A stretch of DNA of 61,908 nt, counting the filler, from Basidiobolus meristosporus CBS 931.73 (Eukaryota > Fungi > Basidiobolomycota): NCBI GenBank assembly GCA_002104905.1. It is 3 parts of 3 records of this genome, joined end to end, with 100 filler letters (N's around TTAATTAATTAA, not from the genome) between each part and the next. Parts side by side here need not be neighbours in the genome. Positions count along the whole stretch, not along the records: positions 1 to 28,165 come from MCFE01000889.1; 2 more parts are not named here. One strand, written 5' to 3'. A program made the position numbers and the translations under genes. This document shows, piece by piece, positions 11,276-21,925 of this stretch. The notes beneath the pieces are model-generated. The model had not been told where the DNA came from. It did no database searches and was given only the letters and a program-made list of their open reading frames with translations. Each line of letters opens with the position of its first letter. Within the stretch, counting starts at the first letter, position 1.

Positions 11276-11979
11276 CTCCATTCAAGTATATTAGCTTTCC
11301 TGAGTTTGATGTCATTTGAGATAGGCTTTTTTCTGTCATATGAAAGGTGAGTGCTGAGTACTTTTCAAGTTCATCCTCCATGTTACTATGCTCAAGGGCT
11401 TTAACAAGGTTGAAGGTGCTCGATTGCTTGTGTCCAATTCATCTCTGAGGGCAGTACTTTGCAGTATGTCCATGCTGGTGGCAATTAAAGCAAAGTCCTT
11501 TCTTCTTACATTCTTCTGAGGTAGGATTCTTCTGAATAGCATCTATTTCTATCAGCATTGCTTCAGATTGTCTTCTTTCATAGTGGTTGTAGCCTCTTTG
11601 ATTAGTCATTGTAGGCTTCCCAACTCCAAACATAGCTGAATCAGAGTCAATGGCCATCCAGATGGCTTCTTCAATAGTCTGAGGTCTTCAATAATTCACA
11701 TTGTTGCAAGTCCTTTCTTTCAAGCCATTGATAGAGTATTCCACTTGATCCAGGGGTTCCATTATGTCAGCTTGTACAAGTAGAAAACTACATTCATATA
11801 TGTACTCATGAACCAGTCCTTTCTGCCTAAGTATCTTCAAATTTCTTCTTAGTAGTTTCTGCAGGTGTGGGGGTTCAAGAGCATCCTGAATTTCCAACGC
11901 AAACTCATTCCAGATTGAGAATATAGAGCGTCCCATCATGGTGGCTGACCTGATCTTGTTGTGTTACTGTAGTAAAGCT

Positions 11980-12347
11980 TGTTATGATCGGCCGCTTGAA
12001 TGTTTAAGTTGGATCAGTTTTTAGTCAAATCAATTAGTATATGTTTAGGATATCTGGATATCAGTATTATTTATGAAATCAGTAGCATTAGTCAGCAAAT
12101 GAATCAGTAGATTCTTATCAGACAGAAATAGATATATTAAGTAAGATCTAATTGTGTGATGATGATGCAATCAAATGAGTCATCAGCCACAACCTACATT
12201 ATGAAATACAATTAGTCAGCAATTGATATGGCAAAATGTATATAAGGAGCTACTGGAATCTCAATAAAAATCAGTTCAAGTTTTAGTGAATACAATACTA
12301 GCTAAACTCCCTGTTCCTCTACAACTCTTATACCAAGACTTGTAACA
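11980..12347 (+). repeat. Solo LTR of the Gypsy-2 family, with a 4-bp TSD
   Basis: TGTTATG...TGTAACA; AGCT on both sides (11976-11979 and 12348-12351); homologous to 17170-17538 and 49782-50149. Confidence 0.9.
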
Positions 12348-12391
12348 AGCTGCATCTGCCAGGTAAGGGGCTGCCTAACATAACTTGCTCT

Positions 12392-15300
12392 TATTGCAAT
12401 TTAAGTAGTGATTTGAATATAAGGAATTTATCAAGATACGGTGATATTAGTTGAACTGTCATTAGTTTATAAAGAGGATCAGAATTTATACCTTTGTAGA
12501 AGTAACACAGCTGCAACACTTAGTAAGGAGGGTTTCTTAACATTCAGGGGCATTCTGTAACAGTTACAGGGTTAGTACAGAATGTTTGGTAAAAAGTGTT
12601 AATTTGATCTTCACTGCAGGGGAATAATCATGGGTTCATTGATATGAAGAAACTGGCAAGGTTAGGGCTGTCAACAAGTCCTACAGTGACCATGACTAGT
12701 CTAGATATGTTAAGTTTTTAGCTGATGAAAGATACCAAATAGTCCAGTATTTCAACACTCCCGTCAACTAAACAATTTCTTAATCCTGATTTCTCTCAGA
12801 GATATCTCAAATTGTGGTCTAGCTAGGTGTTTCATCAATATATTTGCCACCATTTTGTCAGTTGGACAGTAAGTTAACTCTACTAAGTTATTTTCTACAG
12901 CTTCCCTAACAAAGTGGTGTTGTAATACTATGTGCTTAGTTCTGGCATCATTAGTAGAATTCCTAGCTAATGCAATACAACTCTGATTATTTTTGTAAAT
13001 ACATGTTGGTTCATCTGAATTGAAGCCTCAGTCTTTGAATAATTTCCATAGCCATATAGCCTCCTTAGTTGCTTTGCAAGCAGCGATATATTCAGCTTCA
13101 GTTATAGATAGGGCCACAGTTGGTTGTTTCTTGCAATTCCAAGTAATAGAAGTACCAACATAAAGAAATACACACCCTTTTGCAATTTAAGAAGTGATTG
13201 GGATAGAGTAGCCTATCAAGAAATAGTGATAATAGTTGATCTGTTGTTTATTAACAAAGAAGCTCAGTATTTTTACCTTTGTAGAAGTAATACAGCTGTA
13301 GCACTAAGCAAGGAGGGTTTCTCAGTATTCAGGAGCATTCTGTAACAGTTTCAGGGCTAGTACATAATAGATAGTAGTAGTGCTAATTTGATCCTGACTA
13401 TAGGGGATTAATCATAAGATCATAGATCTGAAGAAAGGGGCAAAGTTAGAGCTGTAAATTAGTCCAACAGTGACCAAGACTAGTCCAGAATTGTTAGGTA
13501 AATTTTTAGCTGCAGAATGATACAAAATAGTCTAATATTTCAACATACCCAACAGTAGAGCAACTTTCAATTAGATCCCCATCCTAATCTGAATCACTAT
13601 AACTATCAAATTTCAGCCTATTAGCTGCTCCAGAGTATTGCAGTACCATATCTATGGTACCTTGTAGATATCTTAAAATTGGCTTAACTGCTGTATTTGA
13701 TTGGATCCATAATTCTGCATAAACTGACTTACTTTTCCAACTGCCACTGCAATATCAGGACATGTAGATACCATCAAGTACATCAGACTACCAACCATTG
13801 ATTTATAAGGAAAGTTCTGGACTATATTTGAACTGTTTTCACTTAAAACTTGCTGAGATTTACTCAATTTTAGATTATTGTCCATCTGGGTAGCTGCAGG
13901 CTAGCCATTTTCCATTTGGAAGCATCTAAGATTGTTGCTGAAGTACTTGGACTGATTCAGCACAACTTTCTGCTTAGGTATGTTGGAATTCACTTCAATT
14001 CTAAGAAAATATCTCAATTTTCCAAGATCTTTCATCTCAAACTTGCTGAAGAGATCTGATTTGGTCTGTTTAACTTCATCCTGATCATCAGTAGCTATTA
14101 TTAGGTTGTCCACACACAGAACTAGGATAATTAGACCTTTTTTGAGCGATTTGACATATATTTCTGTGACAAGCAGTGGTACAAATAAACCCAATCTCCT
14201 CTAGATATGTGTCAATTTTGTTATACCATGCTCTAGGTGCCTGCTTAAGTCTATACAAAAGTTTTTTGAGTCTGCATACCTTATGGGGGCCATTCAGATT
14301 GGTAAAACCTTCTGGTTGCTCCATATATTTAGTTTCTTGTAAATCCCCATTCAGAAATGCTGTTTTGACGTCTATTTGGTGTAGATCTACGCTGTGTACA
14401 GCTGCCAGGGCTAGAACTGTCCAAATGGAGTTAAACTTTGCAACCAGAGCAAATGTATCCTTAAAGTCTATATCCTGGATCTAACAATAGCCTTTAGCCA
14501 CCAATCTAGCCTTGTACTTATCAAAAATACCATATGAGGTTATCTTGATCTTGTAGACCCAACTACATCCTATTGGCTCTCCCCAGTTTGGTAAATCTAC
14601 CAGTTCCCACATTTTTGCTTTGAACAGTGATTGATACTCCTCCTGTATGGCTTGTTGCAACAAAGAAGCATCTGGACTTTGCATTGCCTGTTCCAGATAC
14701 TGAGATTTTGCACATAAGGCAAGATGAGCATTGTCATGATCATTGGATGTCTCTCACCAGGATCCAGGGGAACTGGTACAAATATCTTGTGTATCTGGCT
14801 GAGTTTGGTAAGTATCTTCTTCATTAGTGTTAATTGCATCATTGGGCAGCTGGCCAATGATTGCTGTGGCTTTCTGATCTGCATTCTCCTCATATACCAC
14901 ATTGCTGCTCTTGATTGGCTTCAGAATTTTGCCATCACACACTCTATAACCTTTAGTATCAACACAGTACCCAAGAAAGATCCCTTTTCTACTCTTTGGT
15001 TCCAGCTTTGAGTGTTTTTTGTCAGGGATGTGATAAACAATATCACTGGCAAAGATCCAGGGGAGCTGAAGGTCTGATTTTTTGCCTGTATATGCTTCAA
15101 AGGGTGTAGAAACACAAAGTGCTGTTGTTGGGCATCTTTTCTTGATGTATACTGTGGTAGCAACACATTCAGCCCAAAGCTTGTAGTCCATTCCCTTTTC
15201 AAGTAGCAACGATCATCCCATGTCTGCTATCAATCTATTTGCACATTCTGCTACTCCATTTTGCTATGGAGTATGTGGAACAGTGGTCAGCTGAACAATA

Positions 15301-16865
15301 CCAGTGGATGTGCAGTATTTTGCAAGCTCATTTGAGCAGTATTCCTCTCCATTGTCACTTTGAAGTATCTTTAACTTAAACCCAGCTTATGTTTCTGCCA
15401 TATTCTTAAAGTGTTTGAACATCTCCAAAGCCTCATTCTTGGTTTGGAGGAAGCATACCTATGTATATCTTTTCTTGTCATCAATAAACATCATGAAGTA
15501 TGTCTTGGCTCCAAAGGACAGTGTTCTCATGGGCCCACATATGTCTGAGTGTACAATAGCCAATATCTTGGTATTGTTAATGCCTCTTGAGCTTGTGAAA
15601 TGTTGCCTAGCTTGTTTGCCATATGAACATCCCTGAAGACATGCAGCTTGATCAGAATAGAGTAATTTTGGCCTAAAACAAACTCATTTTCATCAGTTAG
15701 CTCATTTTCTGTTCTCCAACATGTCCTACCCCCCTGTGCCATGTCTCCCAGTGAGGTGCATCAGCTTCAGCAATGTTGGCATACTCTGGTACAATGGGCT
15801 TGCATTGTAACTTGTATGTATTGTGATCTCTGATTTCCAAAGCTAATTTTTGTCCATTTTCAATCAATATAGAGCAGTTCAGCTTACTAAGAACAAATTT
15901 CAGTCCCTGAGCATTTGCTTTACTGACTGAGTGTAGATTCTTAGCTATTCCAGGGATGTAGAGTACAGCAGTCAGTTTTGCTACTGTAACCCCCAAGATA
16001 TCACTCATATTTAGTAGTATAGAACCACTAGTGGTAGCCTACAGTGCAGAGTTGTGTCCCAGAAAACCTTTCTTATTGGAATAGTCTTCAAGTTGCCAAA
16101 CTACTCCTTTATACCACAAATATGCTGTGATGCTCCATAGTCAGTATACCACTCATTACTTTGGTTACTTGTACTCTCTTGTAGAGTTACAAATAACTGC
16201 TCATAAGTAGTTGTATGGTTTGCCTGCTCCAGTTTTTGTTTTTTGTCTGCTTGTTTCTTCTTGCATTCTCTTGCCCAGTGTCCTGGCTTCTTACAGTAGT
16301 TACAGCAATCAGGTTTTCTTTGGTTTTGTTGCTTTCCCTTCTTTCCTGTGTGCCTCTCTGAGCTATATGAAGCATTTTCTTCAATTTTCTCTGCTTGATT
16401 GTTACATCTGAATTCTTCATGCAGAAGTCTTCCTTTGACATAGTCTAAAGTCAGATTGTCTGCTTTGCTTTCAAAAGAAAGTATGAGTGGCTCATACTTT
16501 TCTGGTAGGCTGCAAAGCAGACAGAGTATCTTTTTCTTCATCTGGCTTCTTCCTCATGTTGAAGAATTTTTGTTTTAGATAAAGCTTGCTCAATACAGAT
16601 TTTACTCTAAAGATCTTCTCTGAGGATTTCCGTGCTGCTTTGGCAGTATTTGAAGCATGGATTTGTCCAATGAAGGAGTCTTGCAAATTGATACATATAA
16701 CATTAAAGGCCTTTCTCTCATTTGTTTAAAACTTCTCCACTTCTTCTGCTGTTCCCTTGGGCTCAACTCCTTTTTCTTTTACTATATTCCAAAGCTTTCT
16801 TTTCTCAAGGTGCATATGCTTTGTGATTCTCCAAGGTCTGTAACATGAAACCTAATATTTCAACA
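12392..16865 (-). mobile_element. Degenerate Ty1/Copia element (Copia-2): gag, PR, IN, RT, RH; 3' LTR 12392-12757; 5' LTR almost entirely deleted
   Basis: CNYCKKPGHWAREC, WYTDYGASQH, WHRGVGH, YKARLVAKG, LCVDNL, EAEY; PPT TTGACGGGAG; TSD GCTCT/GCTTT; only TGTTGAAATATTAGG of the 5' LTR remains. Confidence 0.9.
13178..13545 (-). repeat. Solo LTR of the Copia-2 family inserted in the RNase H of a Copia-2 element
   Basis: Homologous to 12392-12757 and 53014-53379; TSD CACCC/TACCC; RNase H sequence continues on both sides. Confidence 0.85.
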
Positions 16866-17158
16866 GCTTTCTGAAACAATTCCCTTAGCCTTGAAAACTT
16901 CCTCAATCTGGAAGCGCCAAGTTCCCAGGTTTTGATTGACTCTACCATGATACTGGTTGACCTTCACACTAAAGCTGCTGTTGACAGGGTTTTGCTGGCT
17001 TTGGGCCATTGTAGTCATTCCCTGTTGCCAATGGCTAAGGATCTGGAGTAGCTGCTGCTGTTGGGCCATGATTTGCTGCATAGCATTCTTCCATTTTTGA
17101 TTTTTGGACATCTTAGGGGAGGCTTCTTCTCTCTTTAGGAGGGAGGTTTCTGGTTATT

Positions 17159-17168
17159 GCTGCTACCA
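17159..17168 (-). promoter_or_regulatory. Primer-binding site of Gypsy-2 (3' end of tRNA-iMet)
   Basis: TGGTAGCAGC, 1 nt downstream of the LTR end on the minus strand; complementary to the CUGCUACCA 3' end typical of initiator Met tRNAs. Confidence 0.7.
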
Positions 17169-17589
17169 ATGTGACAAGTATAGGTTTAAGGGTTGCACAG
17201 GAATATGGAGTTTAGCTAATATTATATTCACTAAAACTTGACCTGATTTACATTGAGGTTCCAACAGCTCCTTATATACATTTTGCTAGATCAATTGCTG
17301 ACTAGTTATATTTCTTAAAGCAGGTAGTGGCTGATGACTCATTGGATTGCTTCATCATCACCCAATAGGAATCTACATAATATATCTGTAACTATCTGAA
17401 AAGGATCTGCTTATTCATCTACTGACTAATACTGCTGATTTGATAGATAACACAGATTCACTGATAGGCTGTGCACATAACTAACTGATTTGACTCAAAA
17501 CTGATCCAACTTAAACATTCAAGCTGTAGTTCATAACAGGCATATAGTAAATATGGATATATGAGGATATGGTCATCCTTCTTGCACTA

Positions 17590-18754
17590 CCAGAACTGTC
17601 AGGTTGCCAGAAGAGTGCCAGCAAGGGAAAAGCAGGCCAAAACAGATGTGTCAGAGCAGAATTTATCCAGGAGAAAACTTAGTCCATTACAAGAAGCACT
17701 CAGACAGAGTAGCAGCAAAAGACCTGGCAGTGATAAAGGAAAAGGTAAAGGGGAAAATGTCTACCCAAGCCTGCAACAGGGAGGCCTGCAAAATAACTGC
17801 AGTTCTTGCCAATTTACACCGCAAGCCTGGGACAGACTGAATCCCATAAGAGCCAAGAAGAATTACCAACAATAAAATGGCTGTTTTTACAAGAGTTGGA
17901 AGCGCAGCCAGTTAAGCTACACTCCAGCAAGGTAGATGAGTTTGATGACAAAGACTATTTGTCTACCACAGCCTCCATTGTTAACAAAGCAGTAATCCCA
18001 CTGACACACAATGCTGCAATGTCAAGAGCTTGAAAGACTATCACAATGCCTTCAGTGGAATTTTGGAACATTAATAGCCACACCAAAAGGTTGCAGCACT
18101 TCTTCAAGAGAGGTGCTCAGAAAATGCACTGGAATACTGCAGGGATTTATTGCAAAGACTGGCAGATGAGGTGCTAGACCCTGCAGTGCCAGCTGAAGAC
18201 CAGGATGTGTGTGAACCAGTGAAGTAACAGTGGCATAAAGCCATTGGGTTCCCACCAAAGTTGTGGAATCAGGGCATTACAGCAGAGAAGCTTATTGAGT
18301 GGTGGATTTAAGTGGAGTTACTTGTTGAGTGTGGGGTTAGGCTTAATATTACTGTAGGATATAGGGACTTGTATAGGTCAGGACAATTGGCAATTGAGGT
18401 ACAAATGGAGTTGCAACAGAACTAAATCCATATGTACCCATGAAAAGTAAGGGAAACAGTTCAGTCAGGAAGTAAGGAGTGTATAAGAGAGGCAATAGCC
18501 ATATATGCACACAAATGTAGGAGGTAATATAGCGTCTGAGATCAAAAAGTGAGCAAATGGGCAGGGAACCAATCAAAAGCCACTTGTACATTGTTGTGAT
18601 CACAAATTTTGACTAAGTTTTTTGGGAAATCTGGGGTGCAATTTTTTTCAATGGTCTCTAGACAGTGCCCTGACAGGATCAGTACCTCTTAGTCACAAGA
18701 CTTGAACTTTGAGACTGCCATTTGATGGGATCACTACAATAATTTCTCAAAGAG
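17590..18754 (+). mobile_element. CMC/EnSpm ORF2 C-terminal fragment with degenerate terminus
   Basis: ORF pieces 17561-17875 and 17806-18033 match ORF2; ends AATAATTTCTCAAAGAG, a degenerate reverse complement of the TIR. Confidence 0.75.
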
Positions 18755-19345
18755 ACTAAGAAGGTTTTCAAGGATGACTTTAGAACCCTTGATGCAGTGG
18801 GAGCAGTAACTACCCAAGTAAACCTCAGAAGCAGTAAAGGAAGTCATAAACTGACCATTGAAGAAGTACTCTAGGTTCCAAAAATAGTCAAGAACCTACT
18901 AGACTTGTTTTATCATTCCAGCTGATAATAGTGTCCAATAGTGCCATAGCATGCCACAGAGTGCCAGATGGTGCCATATAGTGCCAATTTGGGATCAAAA
19001 TTGACATGCATATGACCCTAAAGTTTCAAATTAATAACAAAATATACAGCACTTTCCAGCACTGTGATCAATGGCACAATGGAACAAGTCTACTATCTGT
19101 AGGCAAGGCCACTGCAGAAAGACTCAATTCCAACTTTGACAATCCTGGATGCAGGATCACTGATCAAAGTAGGGCTCATAATGATATGGGTATCAGAGAT
19201 CAGAATCTATATAAGTTGACTTACTTTTCATCATATCTGAAAGCTAATATGAGTAACTGGAATGAAGAAACACCAACTCTTTGGTGCATGAGATTTAGAC
19301 ACATCAGTTCTGATTATCTGGGCAAGATGATTGCTCACTGTCTGA
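18755..19345 (+). pseudogene. Copia-1 protease/GAG-pre-integrase fragment split by a 191-bp MITE
   Basis: Matches the reverse complement of 43150-43530 (RTLDAVG...KNLLSV...LYKLTY...LWCMRFRHI). Confidence 0.8.
18901..19091. mobile_element. 191-bp MITE with AGACTTGTT termini and 3-bp TSD ACT
   Basis: AGACTTGTT...AACAAGTCT flanked by ACT/ACT; removal restores AAC CTA CTA TCT GTA (NLLSV); internal GTGCCA motifs shared with the 8-9 kb element. Confidence 0.85.
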
Positions 19346-19437
19346 TCCCAGACACTCTATCACTGCCTACATTTGTGTGCTTTGATTGGCTACTACCTCT
19401 TTTTTACACTCTTTACTCCCTGACTCAACTGTTTCTC

Positions 19438-21497
19438 TTACTTTTTATGCATGCAAATTGATTTATTTCCAATAAACTTCAGTTGTACTTCAATTGCCAA
19501 ATATATTGACCTACACAAGTCCCTATACCCTACAGTAACATTAAGCCCAACCCCACATTCAACAAGTAACTCCATTAAAATCCACCACTCAATAAACATT
19601 TCTGCTGTAATACTCTGGTTCCACAACTTTGGTGGGAACCCAATGGCCTTATGCCACTGTTACTTCACTGGTTCACACACATCCTGGTCTTGAGCCAGCA
19701 CTGCAAGGTCTAGCACCTCATCTGCCAGTCTTTGCATTAAATTCTTGTAATACTCAAGTGTGTTTTCATGAGCACTGCTTGTGAAAAAGTACTGCAACCT
19801 CTTGGTGTGCCTATTAATGTTCTCAAGTACCACTGAAGGCATAGTGATAGTCTTTTGAGTTCTTGATGTTATAGCCTTGTCTGTCAGTGGAATCTCCACT
19901 CTGTCAACAATGGAGGGCATAGAATCTGTGGTAGACAAATTGCCTTTTTCTGCAAACTCATTGACCTTGCTGGAGTGTAGCTCAACAGGCTGCGCTTCTA
20001 ACTTTTGAGAAAACAGCTGTTTCTTTGCTGGTAATTCTTCTTGGTTATGAAGGGATTCAGTCTGCTCTGGGCTTGCAGCATTAATTGATAAGAACTGCAG
20101 TTTTTTTTGCATGCTTCCCTGTCTCAGGCTGGGATAGGCATTTTTCCCTTTACCTTTTTCTTTATCACTGCCAGGTCCTTTACTGCTACTTTTTTCTGAG
20201 TGCCTCTTGTAATGAACTGCATTTTCTCCTTGAAAAATTCTGCTCTGACGCATCTGTCTAGCCCCGCTTGTCCTTTGCTGGCACTCTTCTGGCAATCTGA
20301 CATTCCTTTTCTGCTTGTCTTCAGCTCTCAACCACAGTTATGATGGGCTCCTGTAAATGCTGCTGATTTTTATCACTGCCAGGTCCTTCACTGCTACTTT
20401 GGCTGAGTGCTTCTCAAGTGGTACTGCGGTTTTTCCTTGATGAGTGTTGTGCTGGTGCATCCATGTCTGCTTGCTTGTCCCTATTGAGCACTCTTCCGGC
20501 AACCTAACATCTCTTTGACGCTTATGGAGCTTGCAGCCCTGCTTTTAACAGGCTCTTGAGGAAGCTGCTGGCTTTTAGCCATGGCACCCTTGTTCATCAG
20601 CCTTTGATAGTCTGTACTATCCTTAAGATGTTTTCTTAGCATATCAATGCTGCCCCAAGCTCCATTTGCCCATATAAATTCAGGATTATGCTCATGGCAC
20701 AAGTCAAGTGTATTCTGCTTAGCCTTGAGTTCCTGATGGTCCCATGGGATGCTGGCTTTAAGGTGATGGTGTGCCAGACTTCTGAAGGCCTCTTGAATAT
20801 TAGCTCATTTGTCATTATTGCACTCAATTGCTTCACAGAGCTTCAATCTCTTTTGACTTTTGGGCTTTGGTATAAACACCACATTGTCTCCCTCCCACTC
20901 TGTGATAGGTTTTTCTGTGGGCTTTATCTTTTGGCACTGTTGTTGTGCTGCAAAGGCTGTAGGTGTTCCTCTATTGTTATATTGAGCTACTGGAGCTCCT
21001 TCTTTGCAGCAAAGATACTGCTTTCTTTAGCTGGGATATTGATTGCTCTACACATATTATCTGCTCATCCTGTCTCTGGACTATTTCTTGATTTCTCTGG
21101 GCCACTACATCTATCCTATCAGCCACTGCACCTAATTGCATCATTTATGCTTTAGTAGGAGCTGACAACATAACTGCTAATATGGGCGGTGGTGATGTTA
21201 TGATGGCTACTTGCTGGTCTTCAACCAAGGGTACTGCATTTGGTACATTCTCATCTGTCTGAGCATAAAAGTCAGCTTGTGCCTGTGCAGAGGTTCTCAA
21301 TTGCCTACTTGACTAAGAGCCTGAGGAGTCTGCATTATTATCTTCAGTAGGCACACTACTAACATCGCCTTTTTTAGATGTAGCCCCACTTGTTGCACTG
21401 AATGTCAAAGCAAGCTGTTTTCTGACCATTCTTCAGCTGCTGTAGCAGTGGGGCTTAGTTGGGGACCAGATAACTTTGCTTTATTTTTTGGTGGCAT
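19438..21497 (-). pseudogene. CMC ORF2, unknown ~690-aa protein (probable coiled coil, basic repeats, helical domains)
   Basis: Starts MPPKNKAKLSG; ORF pieces 20636-20836, 20481-20702, 19660-20331 and 19438-19626; homologous text in about 10 copies. Confidence 0.7.
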
Positions 21498-21925
21498 ATA
21501 TGTGGATGTGAGTCAAACCAAAAGGGAAATAGTGTTACATATACATGTGTATATGGTGCCACAATTTTGCATATAATGCTTACCATGGTGGGTCAACACT
21601 CAATCTTACATTCATGTAGGTGCAATGTCTCAAATACAGGACTGTCATTCACATGAGTATTGACCATAAAGCAATATAATAGTGTTATGTTGTTGAAGGT
21701 CAAACTGTTTGCCCCATGGACAAGACTACTTTGATTCAACACCATAAGAGAAGAGAAAAAAGACCATGTGGCTTTTGTAGCAAGCCTATCAGCCATGAAG
21801 CATGCAGACAGCATAGGAAGTATTACAAGGACCATGGCCAGTGTTTTGCCACAAAAGTCATATTTGACTATTAATCAGTCATTACTGTACCAACATTATC
21901 TTGCTGGCCAGTTGATACTTCTATA

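Larger units (their letters stand above)
11280..17538 (-). mobile_element. gag: Gypsy-2 element 5' half (5' LTR 17170-17538, PBS, gag), split by a solo LTR and a Copia-2 insertion
   Basis: gag starts at 17111 (MSKNQKW...), resumes at 12391-12348 and below 11979 (IWNEF...LEPP...CFNCHQHGHTAKYC); PBS TGGTAGCAGC. Confidence 0.8.
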
